From Camelus ferus (Eukaryota): a stretch of 64,000 bases of DNA. Of the stretch, positions 13,036 through 25,900 are shown one piece after another. The DNA is taken from assembly GCF_009834535.1 (NCBI RefSeq), contig NC_045697.1, forward strand, positions 106,642,001 to 106,706,000. Direction: 5' to 3'. Position numbers and translations under genes: made by a program. The notes beneath the pieces are model-generated. The model made no database searches, was not told the DNA's origin, and saw only the letters and a list, made by a program, of their open reading frames with translations. Positions within the stretch are counted from its first letter, which is position 1, and each line of letters starts with the position of its first letter.

Positions 13036-13371
13036 GTGAGAGTTACGTGTGCTGCATCGAACGAACCATTCCGTAAAGTTGATTACACCAAAAACGTTAA
13101 TCCGAACTGGTCTGTGAACATCAAAGGTGGGACCCCTCGGGCCTTGGCTGCCCCCTCCTCGGTGAAGAGTGAGGTGAAGGAAAGTAAAGATTTCATCAAA
13201 CCCAAGTTAGTGACTGTGATTCGAAGTGGAGTGAAGCCGAGGAAAGCTGTGCGGATCCTTCTCAATAAGAAGACTGCTCATTCCTTTGAACAGGTCTTAA
13301 CAGATATCACGGAAGCCATTAAACTGGACTCAGGAGTGGTCAAGAGGCTCTGCACGCTGGACGGGAAGCAG
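13036..13371 (+). CDS. DCLK2: Internal coding exon (exon 2) of doublecortin-like kinase 2; carries an apparent +1 frameshift near its 5' end
   Basis: Translation [26 protein letters not shown]...[72 protein letters not shown] is DCX-family, and the linker fits DCLK2 rather than DCX/DCLK1. Acceptor gtttttgctttttag ends at 13035; donor CAG|gtaaga starts at 13372. Confidence 0.95.
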
Positions 13372-13484
13372 GTAAGATGTTTGTAGCCCCGTGCTTTCCA
13401 TCTCACTTTTAACCTCTGCCTGTGCCTTGGTGGTTATGTATTTAACAATATGAATTTCATAGCTCATTGGAGTCATTCTGGGGT

Positions 13485-13486
<2 letters not shown>

Positions 13487-13546
<60 letters not shown>
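13487..13546. repeat. (GT)30 microsatellite
   Basis: Direct read. Confidence 0.95.
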
Positions 13547-13548
<2 letters not shown>

Positions 13549-14549
13549 GCCTTTTTGTGAAAAATGTTAAGCAGCTTACCTGTCTTTTACCCAAATATCT
13601 CAAAAGTGAATGTAGAGAAATCTATCAGATACTTCTTATGGCCACTGGAAGGGAAATGTAGACTTCTGAGGGAAAAGTATAGGTTGATGAGGCTTCCTAC
13701 ATAAAGTGTGGGATATTCTCTGTTTAAGAATAAGAACACCTGTTGACCGATAGAGTCGTCATGGGCTTGGGTAAATCACAGAAGGTAAAAGATATTTCTC
13801 TTAGAAAAGTCTTTTTCTCCCTACTTATGTATAATATAGAAAATGCAGGTTAAGGAAAAGAAAGGACTTTTATAGGAATGTCCACATGAGTTTTGTAGGG
13901 AACAATGGAGGAAATTAAGCAGCATTTCTGAAAGATATACACAAATTACACAGGAAAATGCAAGCCAAAGTATGGTAACAATATACAAGGGAATCTGATA
14001 GAAAACAAAACAAAACAAAACAAAAACAAAAAAAACTGAGCAAATTGCAAGAATGCATGAATAGCAGTTATACAAATACTGAGTTTCACCACAATCAGAT
14101 TATCATTCCTAAAGAGAAACATGTGGCTTCTAAAGTGTATTTTTTCCTAATTTCAATAAAGTTATGTTGTTTAGGTTTACATTGTATTGAACATTATAGT
14201 TTCCAACATTCGATTTGTTTCTTCATTCCATCTTGTTTCACCCCTCTAACATAATTAATTTTATACTGAAGTGTTTGCCTCATGCTGTACTGAGAATGAA
14301 TAATATAAAACATTGGAGCAGTGTCTTCTGGAAAAATACAAACTAGTTTTCTGATTTTCTAAGACCAGATCTGTTTACCAGGTTGTTTTCTTAAACATAA
14401 ACAACATTTTTAAAATAGGTTCTGAAAACTCTAGCAGATTAGAGTGAGGTTACAATGACTTTTCTAATTAATTAAGCTAATGATTAGACATAACACTTCA
14501 TAGCAGCCTGCCCCAAGATAGGCTCGCAGTATGAATGGAAATAGACACT

Positions 14550-16260
14550 TTACAAATTGAGTTAATATAAGCACAGCATAACACAAAACACCTTAAAGAT
14601 TCACCCTGCAAGCAAGTGAAAATAAATTAGACCACAAGACAGGGGATATGGTAAATCAAAGAACTGATTCTTGGGGGACCCAGGGAAGGCAAGAAATGGA
14701 GAGGACAAATATTTAAGATACCTAACAAAAAGAAAAGTGAAAATCAAAGGTGTGCCAGATTGGAAAACGTAAATCTGTCATATAAACAGGAAATGCAGTT
14801 GAGATTTTAAAAATTGAAACAGATTTGGAAATCTCCAGATGAATGTTGTTCACGGAAAATATAAGTGAAATACAGAAATGGAACATCTAATTGAAATAGT
14901 GATCACTGAAATTTTAATAGTTATCCAAAAAAATTATCTTTGAAAAGCCCCCAGATTAGAAGTATTTGTATGTAAAAAGCAACTCAAATCACCAACATAT
15001 TAAAGAACAAAAGTACACTGCTATAAGTAGACTTATGACAGGATCTAAAGGATGGCTTCCTATTAAGAAACCTATTTATACATGAGATCTTGAAGAAAAA
15101 AGCATAATGGTACAAACAGTCCCAAAAAGATGTTGCAAAGGCATTTGGCAAAATACGAATCCATATCTAGTTAAAGATTTAGTAAGAAAAATGAAAGGTG
15201 AATTCTTTAATACACTAAAAAAAAAAAGAAAAATCTCTGTCTGAAACAAAACCACTCATATACTGGTAAACAAATTAGTGGAAGTATTTCTGTGTCAGTC
15301 AGGTACAAATGAGGACCTGGCAGCACTGGTATTGATCATTGTTCTATACATCCTTCCTGATTTTTATTTAGTTTAATTGTAGTTTCAAGAAGGATCTAAA
15401 TTAGTTTGCTTTCGGGTGAGGGGAGCAATACCCAACAAAGTGATTTTAAAAGTTAATCTGGAAAAATAAGCAGGAAAATTTTGGAAATAATGATTAATGG
15501 GCTCTCCTGCTACCAGATATTAAATCATCATCCTCATGCCATACCAAAAATCAATTCCAGGTGTCTTAAAAATATAGGTATCAAAAGGAGACAAAAGAAC
15601 TAAAAGAAAACATGCCAATAGTTATGGTGAAGTGGAAAAGATTTTCTAAGTATAAAAGTAATGGAAAAGTCACAAAGGGAAAAGTTGACTGGTTGGACGT
15701 AAAAAGTAAAAATTTCTAGCTGTCATAAGCAAAGGTTATATGCATTTAAAAATTCAATCTCACTATTAAAAATGCGAGTTAAGGCATTGAGATGTATTTT
15801 TAATAGATAAAATTGACAGTTTTAGAAAGAGAATGTTATGTGTTAATGTGCAGTGAATCGGCATTCTCAAGGAATGATGGAAGTGTAAGTTTCAAATCTT
15901 TATGGAAAGCTATTTTTTTTTGTACAACAAAAATGTTTTTGCTATTATAACTAGTAAATTAGCTTCTAAGAGTTAATCCTAAATAACTGGAAATGCAAAT
16001 GTAATTATACAAAATAGTTTTCATCCCAGCAATAAGAGCAAAAGATTGGAAACAATTTAAAATCTCTAAAGTAGAAAACAGTTAAATGGTATTACCATAG
16101 AATTCATATGTTGTGGCCATTGAAAATTCTATTTGGGAGAATACTTAAAGACATGGGAAAATGTTAAGCAGAAAAAGCAAGGAAAAAACTCTGTAGCGTG
16201 TTTTCAATTTTGTGTTAAGAAAGAAAAACAAAGGAAGACTTTTTAAAAAATAAATTCAGA
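14550..16260 (+). mobile_element. Highly degenerate old L1 (ORF2 to 3'UTR remnants)
   Basis: A-rich + strand with L1 motifs: aaggcatttggcaaaatac, ataccaaaaatcaattccagg, attggaaacaatttaaa, aaagacatgggaaaatg. Confidence 0.6.
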
Positions 16261-17355
16261 AGGAAACAAGATTATAGTTGCCATCAGAAATCCAGTATTT
16301 GCTCTTCTGATTTCCTGTACTTTCTCATGTCTGCTTAGAAGCAGAAATTCAAGCACTGAGAAAGAAAATGACTGATTTCAATCAGATTGGAGAAACTCAA
16401 GCATTGAGTTAATCCTTGACATTTTGGCATGTTGCTATAAAATGTTACAAGTATCACTTTTGTCACTATTTGGGTCTTATAGAACTTAAAATGCGAAGAA
16501 AAGAGATATTTTTAAACTTTGAAATAAAAGATTTCTTTGGAAAAACTGCAGATTTCATTGTTGATAGACACACCACCTGTGGATATTGTATTTTCAGACT
16601 GCCAGGTATTCTTAATGCTGTAGTTTTTCTAGGTGCTGATTTAGTACTTGTGCTTAGTATTTAAAACTGCAAGTCTGTCTTTTGGTCGATAGGTGTTATA
16701 AGTATAAAGAGAGCATTAAATCTTGCTTAGAAATAGCATAAGAAATATGTTTTGTGCTTAAGATTAATGCAAACCTTTCAGTGGGCAGTGTTCATTTTGA
16801 TTTTTTTCTACAGAATGATTTTTTAATGGGTATGTAAAACTATCTACTCTCTGAAAATTCTCAAGGAAAGGCCAGCTTTGCTTAGGTGAAGAGGGAAGGA
16901 ACTAAGATGTGCTAATGGGTCATCCCTGCACAAAATTTTAGACTGTCTACCTTGACTTTTATGTTCTGTTCCTGGTTACTTCCTACCCAGATTTGTTGTT
17001 TTCATTTTAATCAGTCTGATTTTGTCAAAAGATAATTTATAGGCAGTTCATCCTGAACAGTCAGTGATCTCATTCTGATACCTATGCTGGAGTTTTAAGG
17101 GCCCTGGTTATCCTTATGGGCTTGAAAGCTTTCCTGATTGAAGAGGCAATGGTCTGTTATGTGCCAGTAGCATTTATGTTGTGAAAACGATGTCCCTGGT
17201 ATCTTTTCTTCCCTTAAAGTGGAGATCACATCTTCCTGGTACTGTTGTCTCCATTTACAAGGTCTGATTTGGTTAGTCTCTATAAAATCACTTTGGATAA
17301 AATCACATTTGAGAGTTTTATCCATGTTAACTCTTGGGTTCTCTTCAGTGTCAAA

Positions 17356-17550
17356 CTGTTGTTCTCAGCTGGGTGTACTTTTGCCCCCTGGGGACATTTG
17401 GCGATGTCTGGAGTCGGTCTTAACTAGAGATGAGGATTCTACTGGCACCTAGTGGGTGGAGGCTGCTCCCCATCCTGCCAGGCACAGGGCAGCCGCAGCA
17501 TGATTCTCTGGGGCCCAAAATGTCAGTAATGCTGAGATTCAGACATCTTG
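17356..17550. mobile_element. MER20 hAT DNA transposon
   Basis: ttttgccccctggggacatttggcgatgtctggag...ggcccaaaatgtcagtaatgctgag. Confidence 0.85.
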
Positions 17551-19574
17551 GTATAAAGTAAGTGACATGATTTCAAAGGGAAGTGATACTTATTAAAACA
17601 TTAACTTTGTTGTCAGTTAGGCCATATGCTATATGTTCTGTTTATTTCTGGACTTATGGATTTTTCTCATAACCTTTTGTCCACTTTTTCTCTAACTGAG
17701 GCAGGTGTGTTGGAATATCATGGTTTGTTATCTTTGCTGTCCTGGATTTCAAACTCTTTGTCTTCGTTGTGTGAGGCTGACGTGCAGTTAGGTAGTGTGG
17801 CTTCACAGGGGATTAAATAAAGATGGCCCTGAAAGTTTCACATTTGAAGAGAAGCCTCAGAAATCAGGGTTTAATCTTGTGACATTTTAAGTATTTATTA
17901 CTTTAAAGTGATGCCATGATTATCAATTTAAATATGTACATATATATACACACACACACAAAACCTATGTATTTATAGATGGGATGACTAGAAAAAAATC
18001 ATTTGTAAATGGAAGTCATCACTATTCCCCTCAGTAATTTTCTTTTAACTTGTAATTAATTTAGATTAAATGCTTCACTTGTTTTTCTTTCTAAAAGCAA
18101 AACCTTCTTGAACTTTTAAGTTAAACTGTATAGGGAAACAAGGTTTACTTTTAACATTTTTTAAAGTCAGGATGACTTTCATATAATAAACTACAGCAGG
18201 GGGGAGTTCTTTAAAAAAAAAAAGTCTTCATTCTGTTAAAGGGCTAAAAGGTTCAAATATAGCTTTCGTCCACATATGTAAAAGATTCTAGCTTTTAGCT
18301 TTCCCAGAAACAGCAAAGTTTTAACATAAAAGAAACATATTTAGTGGAATTTTGGAACAAGTTGATTCTTGTCATGGGCAGAGGCAAAACAGATTCAGAA
18401 ATTGCTAGCAGTTGATACTTTCAGGGTAAAATACTTCCAGACTTTGGGACCGCCGCCAGCCTCAGGATGCCCCACGCCATGGCTCCTTCTGGGGAACGTG
18501 GCAACTCCTTGGATGCATCCATCTTACCGACTATCTTAGAGTTTATGAAGGTTTTCACCCACATTTTTTCAAAAAGATGATTTCATGGGTGCTATTATAT
18601 AACATTTATTTTGTATCTTTTACTTTTCCAGCATCACATTATACCTGTGAAGATTCATTTCTTTGTAATGATCCAGCCATACTTATTTAAAGCAATCTCT
18701 TCTCAAAAATTGCTATAGAAAAATCAACTGGTTAAATATAAGTATTTTCTATAATTCATTTAATCCTGGTATAATTTTTCCTTGAAGTAGATGAGGACAG
18801 TTTGGATTTCCTTTTGTAGATAACAGAAATCCACAGACAACAGCGTTTTGTCCTCCTACATAAACTGAATTCACACCTGAAGTGTAGGTAGCCCTGGTCT
18901 ATCTCAAGCAATGGAAAATTTATCCCAATCAGGAATCTACAGACTCTGTGTAACTGGTGGGATTTTCTCAGTGCAGCTTGAAGTCCAAGTACAGAAAGGG
19001 AGAAAACATCAATTTGTTCTTTGATCCCTGATCTAAGCAAATTTATCTCTGACTTTAAAAAGGTGAGAAGGCTTAATCTTTGCTTTTTATTTAGTGAACC
19101 CCTCCTCTCAGAGAATGATCTGAAAAGTGGGAAGAAGGAAGGAAGCATTTAGATGTCTTTGTTCTTCTTTTGTTAAAGTGAAGTTTGTGTTTTGCCATTC
19201 TGGTCTCCACTGTATAGATCGTCCCCCTGACCTCAAATAGTACCTTCTCCCTTTTAATAGGAAACTGTAGGAACACACTAAAATCCTGTTAGTAATGACT
19301 GCAGGTGCACCTTAGGAGAAGAGATGTGTAAGAAAAACAGTTTTAGCTCTCAGTGAGTTATGCAATGTCAAGTGTAGGAGAGATAAAAATGACGTCACTG
19401 CAAACGCTTCTGTTTCCTTATTTATTTCTTTGATGTCAAAGTTGCAGTAATGCATAGAACACAAAGGTTGTATTAAATTAGTTTCGTTGTGTTATGAATT
19501 TATTTTTCAGTGGTTATTACAAGTATTAAAAAATACATTTTGTCACACACGTGTTGTACAGTGCTGAGAATAAT

Positions 19575-19815
19575 AGCTAACAGCCTCATTAGCTAATAGC
19601 TAATAGCTTTCTGTGTCAGGCATCACATTGTGCTTTGTATCAGTCTTCTCCATGAGTCCTTGAGAGTCAGGTAGTGCGGTTTCCATTTAGCAGTGGGCAG
19701 GTTGAAGGAAAGAGAAATGAAGTAACCTGCCCAGAGTCATGCAGCCGGTGGTGGAACTGGGGTCCATACCCTGGGAGTGTGATCCTAGACCATGTGCTCT
19801 TCACGGCTGCTCCGT
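19575..19815 (-). mobile_element. MIR SINE
   Basis: tccatttagcag...gaagtaacctgcccagagtcatgcagc...ggaactgggg. Confidence 0.7.
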
Positions 19816-20209
19816 GAGCCCTCTGCCTGCAGGCGTGGTGAACAGCTTCGGTGATGGTGAGGAGGGACAGGACAAGTCACTAATACGCTAAACAGGTTAC
19901 TTCCAAAAATTTTTTTGGGTTTTAAAATGATACTGTTTTACCTCAGGTTTCTCTAAAATCTGTGTAATAATAGGTTGTGTGGTAAAATTATACTTTGGGT
20001 AGGATCTGAAAAATGGAAAAATAGGTTAAGGAGTGATGATATGCTTGACAAAAAGACGACTCAGAGTTATTTTATAGATTCAACTTTTAAAAATGAAAAT
20101 ATATGGCATTGCTTAGGTGTTTAGAAAATACAGGAGAAAATAAATGCACAATCCTTCCATCTAAACACTGTTTTCAAGGATTTCTGTCTATGCTTTCATA
20201 TACACGTTT

Positions 20210-20700
20210 TTGTCTTTTTAAAAAGAAAACTACCCAAATAAATCAGGACATTTCTATTGGAAAAATTCAAACAATTCAGGGAAATGCAAAGAATGAAAGT
20301 TTCTTTTCACATCTGCCCTTCTTCCTCAACCTACTCTACTTCTTAAAAGGATCCACTAACAGCTTAGTTTTAATCATGTATCATGCTTTTTTCACTTATT
20401 AATCATACTCTTCCATGCTGTTATATAAATTGCACCTTTCGTACTTAAATGACTGAATAATAGTCAGTTGGCTAGATGGACTGTGATTGATTTACCCTAT
20501 TCCTGGACATTTGGGCTGTTTCCAGCTTTTAATTTTATCCTCTGATCTTGCTACATGTCGGTTTTACCATGCTTTGGATCAGTTCCTTTCTTTAGGATAG
20601 ATTCCTACAGGCAGATTACTGGAAGAGACTCTTTGTGAGGGTTTGAGAGATACAATCAAAGCTGTAGACACAAAGTTGTCCTAGTTGGTAACACTCCTGG
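20210..20700 (-). mobile_element. Old L1 fragments
   Basis: ggacatttgggctgtttccagcttt; ttaggatagattcctacaggcagattactgg. Confidence 0.55.
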
Positions 20701-21063
20701 CCTGTGCCCCATATTTCTGAAGCTGGGAGAGACTTATGAATGCATTAGACACGACAGCCAGGTACAACATGCATACTTAACTTCTTGCATGGAAAATGAT
20801 ACATTCTGTGAAATTCCTGTTGTGTAAATTGAAGCCTACATGTATTCCTCTTACCATCTCCACCTTTGCTACTTTCTGTTCTAGAGAGTAGTTTAAGGAG
20901 AAAAGCCAGTTGACCTGTGTATCAGTTTTATGTTCAAGGCAAGCGTCAACCAGCTGGTCTTGAGGATGTTAAGCTTAGTAGGGAGAAACTTTTTTTAAGC
21001 AAATAGCCCACATTATGATACTATGTCACCTTAATTTTGAACTAAATGACCTATCATTTCATT

Positions 21064-21137
21064 TTTTTTAAACATTTTAAAAATTGAAGTATAGTTGATT
21101 TACAATGTTGTATTAGTTTCTGGTGTACAGCATAAAA
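21064..21137 (-). mobile_element. Extremely truncated L1 3' terminus with 16-bp TSD
   Basis: attgaagtatagttgatttacaatgttgtattagtttctggtgtacagcata; TSD gacctatcatttcatt at 21048-21063 and 21138-21153. Confidence 0.9.
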
Positions 21138-23961
21138 GACCTATCATTTCATTCAATTTTTAAAAAAATAACCTTTCCCTAGTTGCCCAAAATCCCATAG
21201 GTGTATTTCTGGTGTTCAGTGAAGTCAGGTAACTTTTTTCTTTGTACTGTTTTGACACAGAATTGAGTCAAGGATATTACTTGCAATATTTGCTTTGTAA
21301 TGTTAATTGCTTTTGGTCATAACTAACTTTTGGATTTGTTCTGTTGCTTTTGTATGCTGTCATGAATGTCTGTTGATCACAATTTCTACCAGTGTGTGCA
21401 ACATGTAATATTTCTTTACAAGTTTTACTAGATTTCATGAAAGGGTCATTCACTCATCATGCCTTATGGTAAAAACAAGGACAGGTGCAAAGCCAGTAGA
21501 GTATTTTAGAATGTATAATTGAGGTGGGAAATTATTTACTCCAACTTGCTAATGTTACAGATGAGAAATCTGGGGGGCTCACTGCAGCTTTTGAGAACAT
21601 GTTGAAATCTTTGGTTCTTCTCTACCAAGTAAAGCTTCACTCAAAATCTGGTGTATGATCAGCTTGTTTGCAGTTTAAGAAACTCTTCTTTGGCCTGTTT
21701 TACTCTGTTCCTTTTAGTTGAGGGAAGTGTTTATTTTCAGCCTTCAAGTCATTGATTTTTCTAGGGAGCAGAAGATAAGCTTGACCATGGTCATCCACAT
21801 AACTGACTCTAAAACTAACAATTGCTTCGTGGAGAAAAATAGTGCTAGAGTCTGTGTTTGCTATGTCAGTAACCCTGTGCAGTTTTCTGGATTTAAACAT
21901 TAACCTCTTGCATTGCTTTTATGTAAGGAAGAGCACCACACTTCAGACAGTAAGGCTGGCTTTCATGAATATTCTCTCCACGTATTTTTAGAAATTCTAA
22001 TTGTAGTGTGATGCCAGCGCCAGACGCCCAGCAAAGGGTTGGAAAGCTCGTAGTCATTAGAGGTTCGCCTCCGTAGAAGTTCAATTCTCTGAGCCCGAGG
22101 ACTGTCAGGAACAAAGCAGCGCTTACCCAGAAGGAGCCTTCTGCTCTTCCCGACGCGTTTCAGGCTCTGTTAAGACTTCAGATAGTAAAGTTTTATTTTA
22201 CGTTTTCCTTTTTTGTTTTGTGATGGTTTATGGCAAGCGTCTCCAAATGTGAGCATAAAGGCATTTGATTGTGTTTTTAAATACTGCTCTTTGTTTGCCC
22301 ACAGGGTAAGCCATCAAAGTGCCATTTCAAGTATGAGTTATGGGAGATGTTGAAATATCTGTGTATTGGTATTTATTGAAGCCGACATTAGTTACGTGGT
22401 TGTGTTTCTGAATGATTAAGTTTATTAAACACCTGATCTTTATTATCACTTACAGTATATATTTTTGGTGGTAAAATATTATGGCTACACATGCCATTGA
22501 AAATGCATTAAAAAGGTAGTTTTTTTCTTTTTATGAAATACAAAAGTTGTGTAAATGGAAACTTGTAAAAGCCCAGTTAGGTAACTTAATCCAAATTTTA
22601 ACATTTTATATGTCTTTTCACTTATTTCAGTAGTCTAGATTTTTACATGTAGATAAAAGATACAGCTTTTCTGGGAGTTTTAAAAGTGATTTTCTCCTCA
22701 GAGCATTCCCGCCTAGGCAACACAGTCAGTCAATGTCTTCTTCATCTCCTGAGCTTCTAGGAGCTGAGAGTTGTGGTCAGTGTGTTGTGTGCCCTAAGGA
22801 TCTGGGTATCTGCACTGGAGTCAGAAAATGCAAACTGAAGTCTGATTTAAATACATTCATTTCCTGTGACACACAATTGCATTTTAATACTGAATGAGAC
22901 AAGGTTCACACTTATGCAATGAGGAATATCATTAAAGATTTCTAGTGATGAGAGAGAAAAGACACGAACGTTTAGTGCCAGCTCCTGTGGCGGACTTTTT
23001 ACACATCTTGTCCCTTAATGCTTGTGAGCAGCCTGAGGTAGGGATACGGTGATACCTCCATGCCAGGAATGTTACAGAGCACATCCAGCTGACTTGTTGG
23101 TCCTTTGGTTTCAGCAGACATCTTGACATGACAGTGCACTCATCCCATGAGGTTGCCTTTGCTCCAGACATCTTCTATTTACTCTTGGATCTCATTTTCA
23201 AGACCCAAAGGAAGATCCATCTCACTAGTTTCTAATTATTCCTGATCATTTTCCAGAATCTATTATGAAGCACATCTGTTTACTTTGTTCTTTAGATTTG
23301 CTCAGAATGGCTTCCTAGACTTTTCCCCCGCAAAACTTATATTCACCCTCCAAGGATCAAGAGTTTATTTATTCTATGGGTCGTAATTCCTGACTGTCAT
23401 TTATTTTGTGGCTCAGGTGTCCTAGATTTGGTCAATAGAACCTTTTCCAAGTTGGATCCTGTGTCTTTCTGACATATTTAAGGTTACAGGGGCGAGTAAA
23501 GGCCATAGGGAACCTTGTCAGGTTCTTAATTAGACCTTGTGGCCAACAAAAGAACAATGGCAATTCTGTGTCCCAGTGATGGCTCTAGGTCCACTGTTTC
23601 AGGTGTCTTCTCTCCACGTGTGTCTAAGACAGGTGATTTCTGTTCATTGCACACGACTCCTGGTTTCTGTGCAGCTCGGTCTTTGTCTTCTCGGTGTGTT
23701 TGCCATTAAACCCCCAGGAACTAGGGTCTAGGGTAAGTCTGACTGAGTTGGTTGGTTGGTGTCCAGTGTAAGAGCGTCATCACAGGCCATGAGCCTCCCT
23801 GTTCGTGCCCTAGCGATGACTGCTTTTAGGGGAACACTCATAATTTGCTGTGAACAGAAATTTTGCTGTGGTTTGAGTCGTATGATCCTGCAGCCTGTGT
23901 GCAATGAACTTGGCTTGTCAGGGACTTGTGAGTATTGAGGGCATGCAGTGACTTTCTGATT

Positions 23962-24195
23962 CAGCGGTTCTTGACCGGGAATAATTTTGCCCTGGAGGAG
24001 ACATTTGGAAATTGCTGCAGACATTTTTTGATGTTTTAACTGGTGTGGGGTGGGGGTGGGGGAGAGTGTGCGCCTGGCACATAATAGACAGAGGCCAGGG
24101 ATGCTGTTACGTACCTGACGGTGCACAGGACAGCCCCTCACAGCAAAGGATTACCTGGTTTAAAACATCAATAGTGCTGAGACTGAGAAACCATG
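23962..24195. mobile_element. MER20 hAT DNA transposon
   Basis: cagcggttct...agaggccagggatgctg...gcacaggacagcccctcacagcaaagga...aatagtgctgagactgagaaacc. Confidence 0.85.
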
Positions 24196-25900
24196 GCCTG
24201 GTTTAATAGATATAAAGAGAAAAGAGATGAGGTGCTGAGGGAAATGCAGGTGGTTTTGGAATGGCCTGTGTAAGGGGTGGAGGTAGATATGAATGGTTGA
24301 GTGTGGAGTTTTGAAAGTAAAAAGTTAGGCCAGGGAAGGTTGTGCACAGGACACACCACGTTTCCAAGGGATGTGAACTTCATCCATTAGGCTGTGGTGA
24401 GAGGGTCAGATTTGCACTTTAGGATGTTTACTGTGGAGAATATAAAGTGAGTTCACAAAGATTGGTCAATCCTAGAGGATTGAATGTCCCAGGATGTGGG
24501 AAGCTGTCTCAGAGAGTATTATTTCAGAGTTTTAATACATTTTACAGTTTCCTAAATGCTTATAGAAGTTGGCTCCTAAACTCTATTCCATATAGGAAGC
24601 AGACATTCCTAAAGAAATTTAAGTAGTTTCAGAGGGTAAAGATTTGGTTTTAGCAGGAAATGAGAAAGAGAATGGGTCAGGGTCATGGGGTCTCTAAAGT
24701 TCAAGGACAGAAAGCCTCATTTGATTGGATATTATGCAGAATCCTCATAGTGACTGGAAAGAAGTGTTTTTTTTTTCATTATTAGTGTTAAAAAAAAAAA
24801 AAAGAGCATTAACTTTCCCTGTGTTTTTTATGTTGTCAGATTGTTTGAGGTTTTGTGGCAGGATGGAGGTCAGGATTATTACTCAGAAGTAATGCTGCAG
24901 CGTGGGTAGACGCTGCCTTTCCTGACCTGCTGCTGGCATGTGATGCTCTTCCCCCTCCTTTTACAGCATACACCTGACGTCCGGTGATCGGTGACCACGA
25001 GGGAAATTTATATGTCATAAACCCTGTTATTGCCGTGTGAGAAGTACTGCAGTATTCTGTCCCCATAACACATTTGTTTACAAATGGCTTAAAGGACAGT
25101 CACTATGACAACTAAGAAACTTGAATACCAAGGTAGCAGAAGAAAAATACTCTTCCTTAAAATGTTCAGCATGGCCTAGAAAACGAATGGTTCAGTCCTC
25201 ATGAGTCAGCGCATGATAGATCTATTGGAATCAATAGGGTTTCTTCCAAAAATCTATATTTTCTCCTCCACTCATGGAAGTAGAAATTGCTTTGAAGAGG
25301 CGCCTAATCTCCATGAATGATTTGGCTTTTCAGGCAGTTGTATCTACAGTTTTCCTGCTGACATATTTAGGCTAATCTGGTGACATACAATTTGGTTCCT
25401 GCTTAATGGCTTCCTCCAACCACATTTAGAGTAATTTAGGCTGTGACAGGAGGAATGAGAGAGCAGGACCGGGTCCAGGGCTTTTTGCCTGGAAGTTTGG
25501 TTTTGGGGTTTGTTTTTTTTTAAGGTATATAAAGACAGATATATGGGTATCTGTAAATTTTATATATATTTTAAAGTATGCATCAAATTTCATTGTTTAC
25601 CAAATACCCAGTCATCTAGCCCACATAAGGAATCTGGAATACTAAAGCTCAGAAGTGCTCCCGACTGTCCGGCTCCTTCAGAATGAGGTGGGCTCCCTGT
25701 TCTCGAGGGCTGTGCACTCTGGTGACGAAATAGAAAACACGTGACAGAATTAGACAGTGACGAAGGCCTAATGGATATTGCTGTTCAGCTAAGGAACAGA
25801 GGCCTGAACTACAGGAGCTGGGAAGAGTTCATGAAGACATGGAATGTCAGCTGGGTTACAGCTGGGGAGACTGATTTAAAGAGATTGTTCCCCCCCACAG

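Noticed and set aside
13036..13386. ORF-track 116-aa protein starting MRVTCAAS as a standalone gene
   Set aside because: The start is a GTG at a splice acceptor and the end runs into the intron; it is an internal exon, not a single-exon gene or processed pseudogene.
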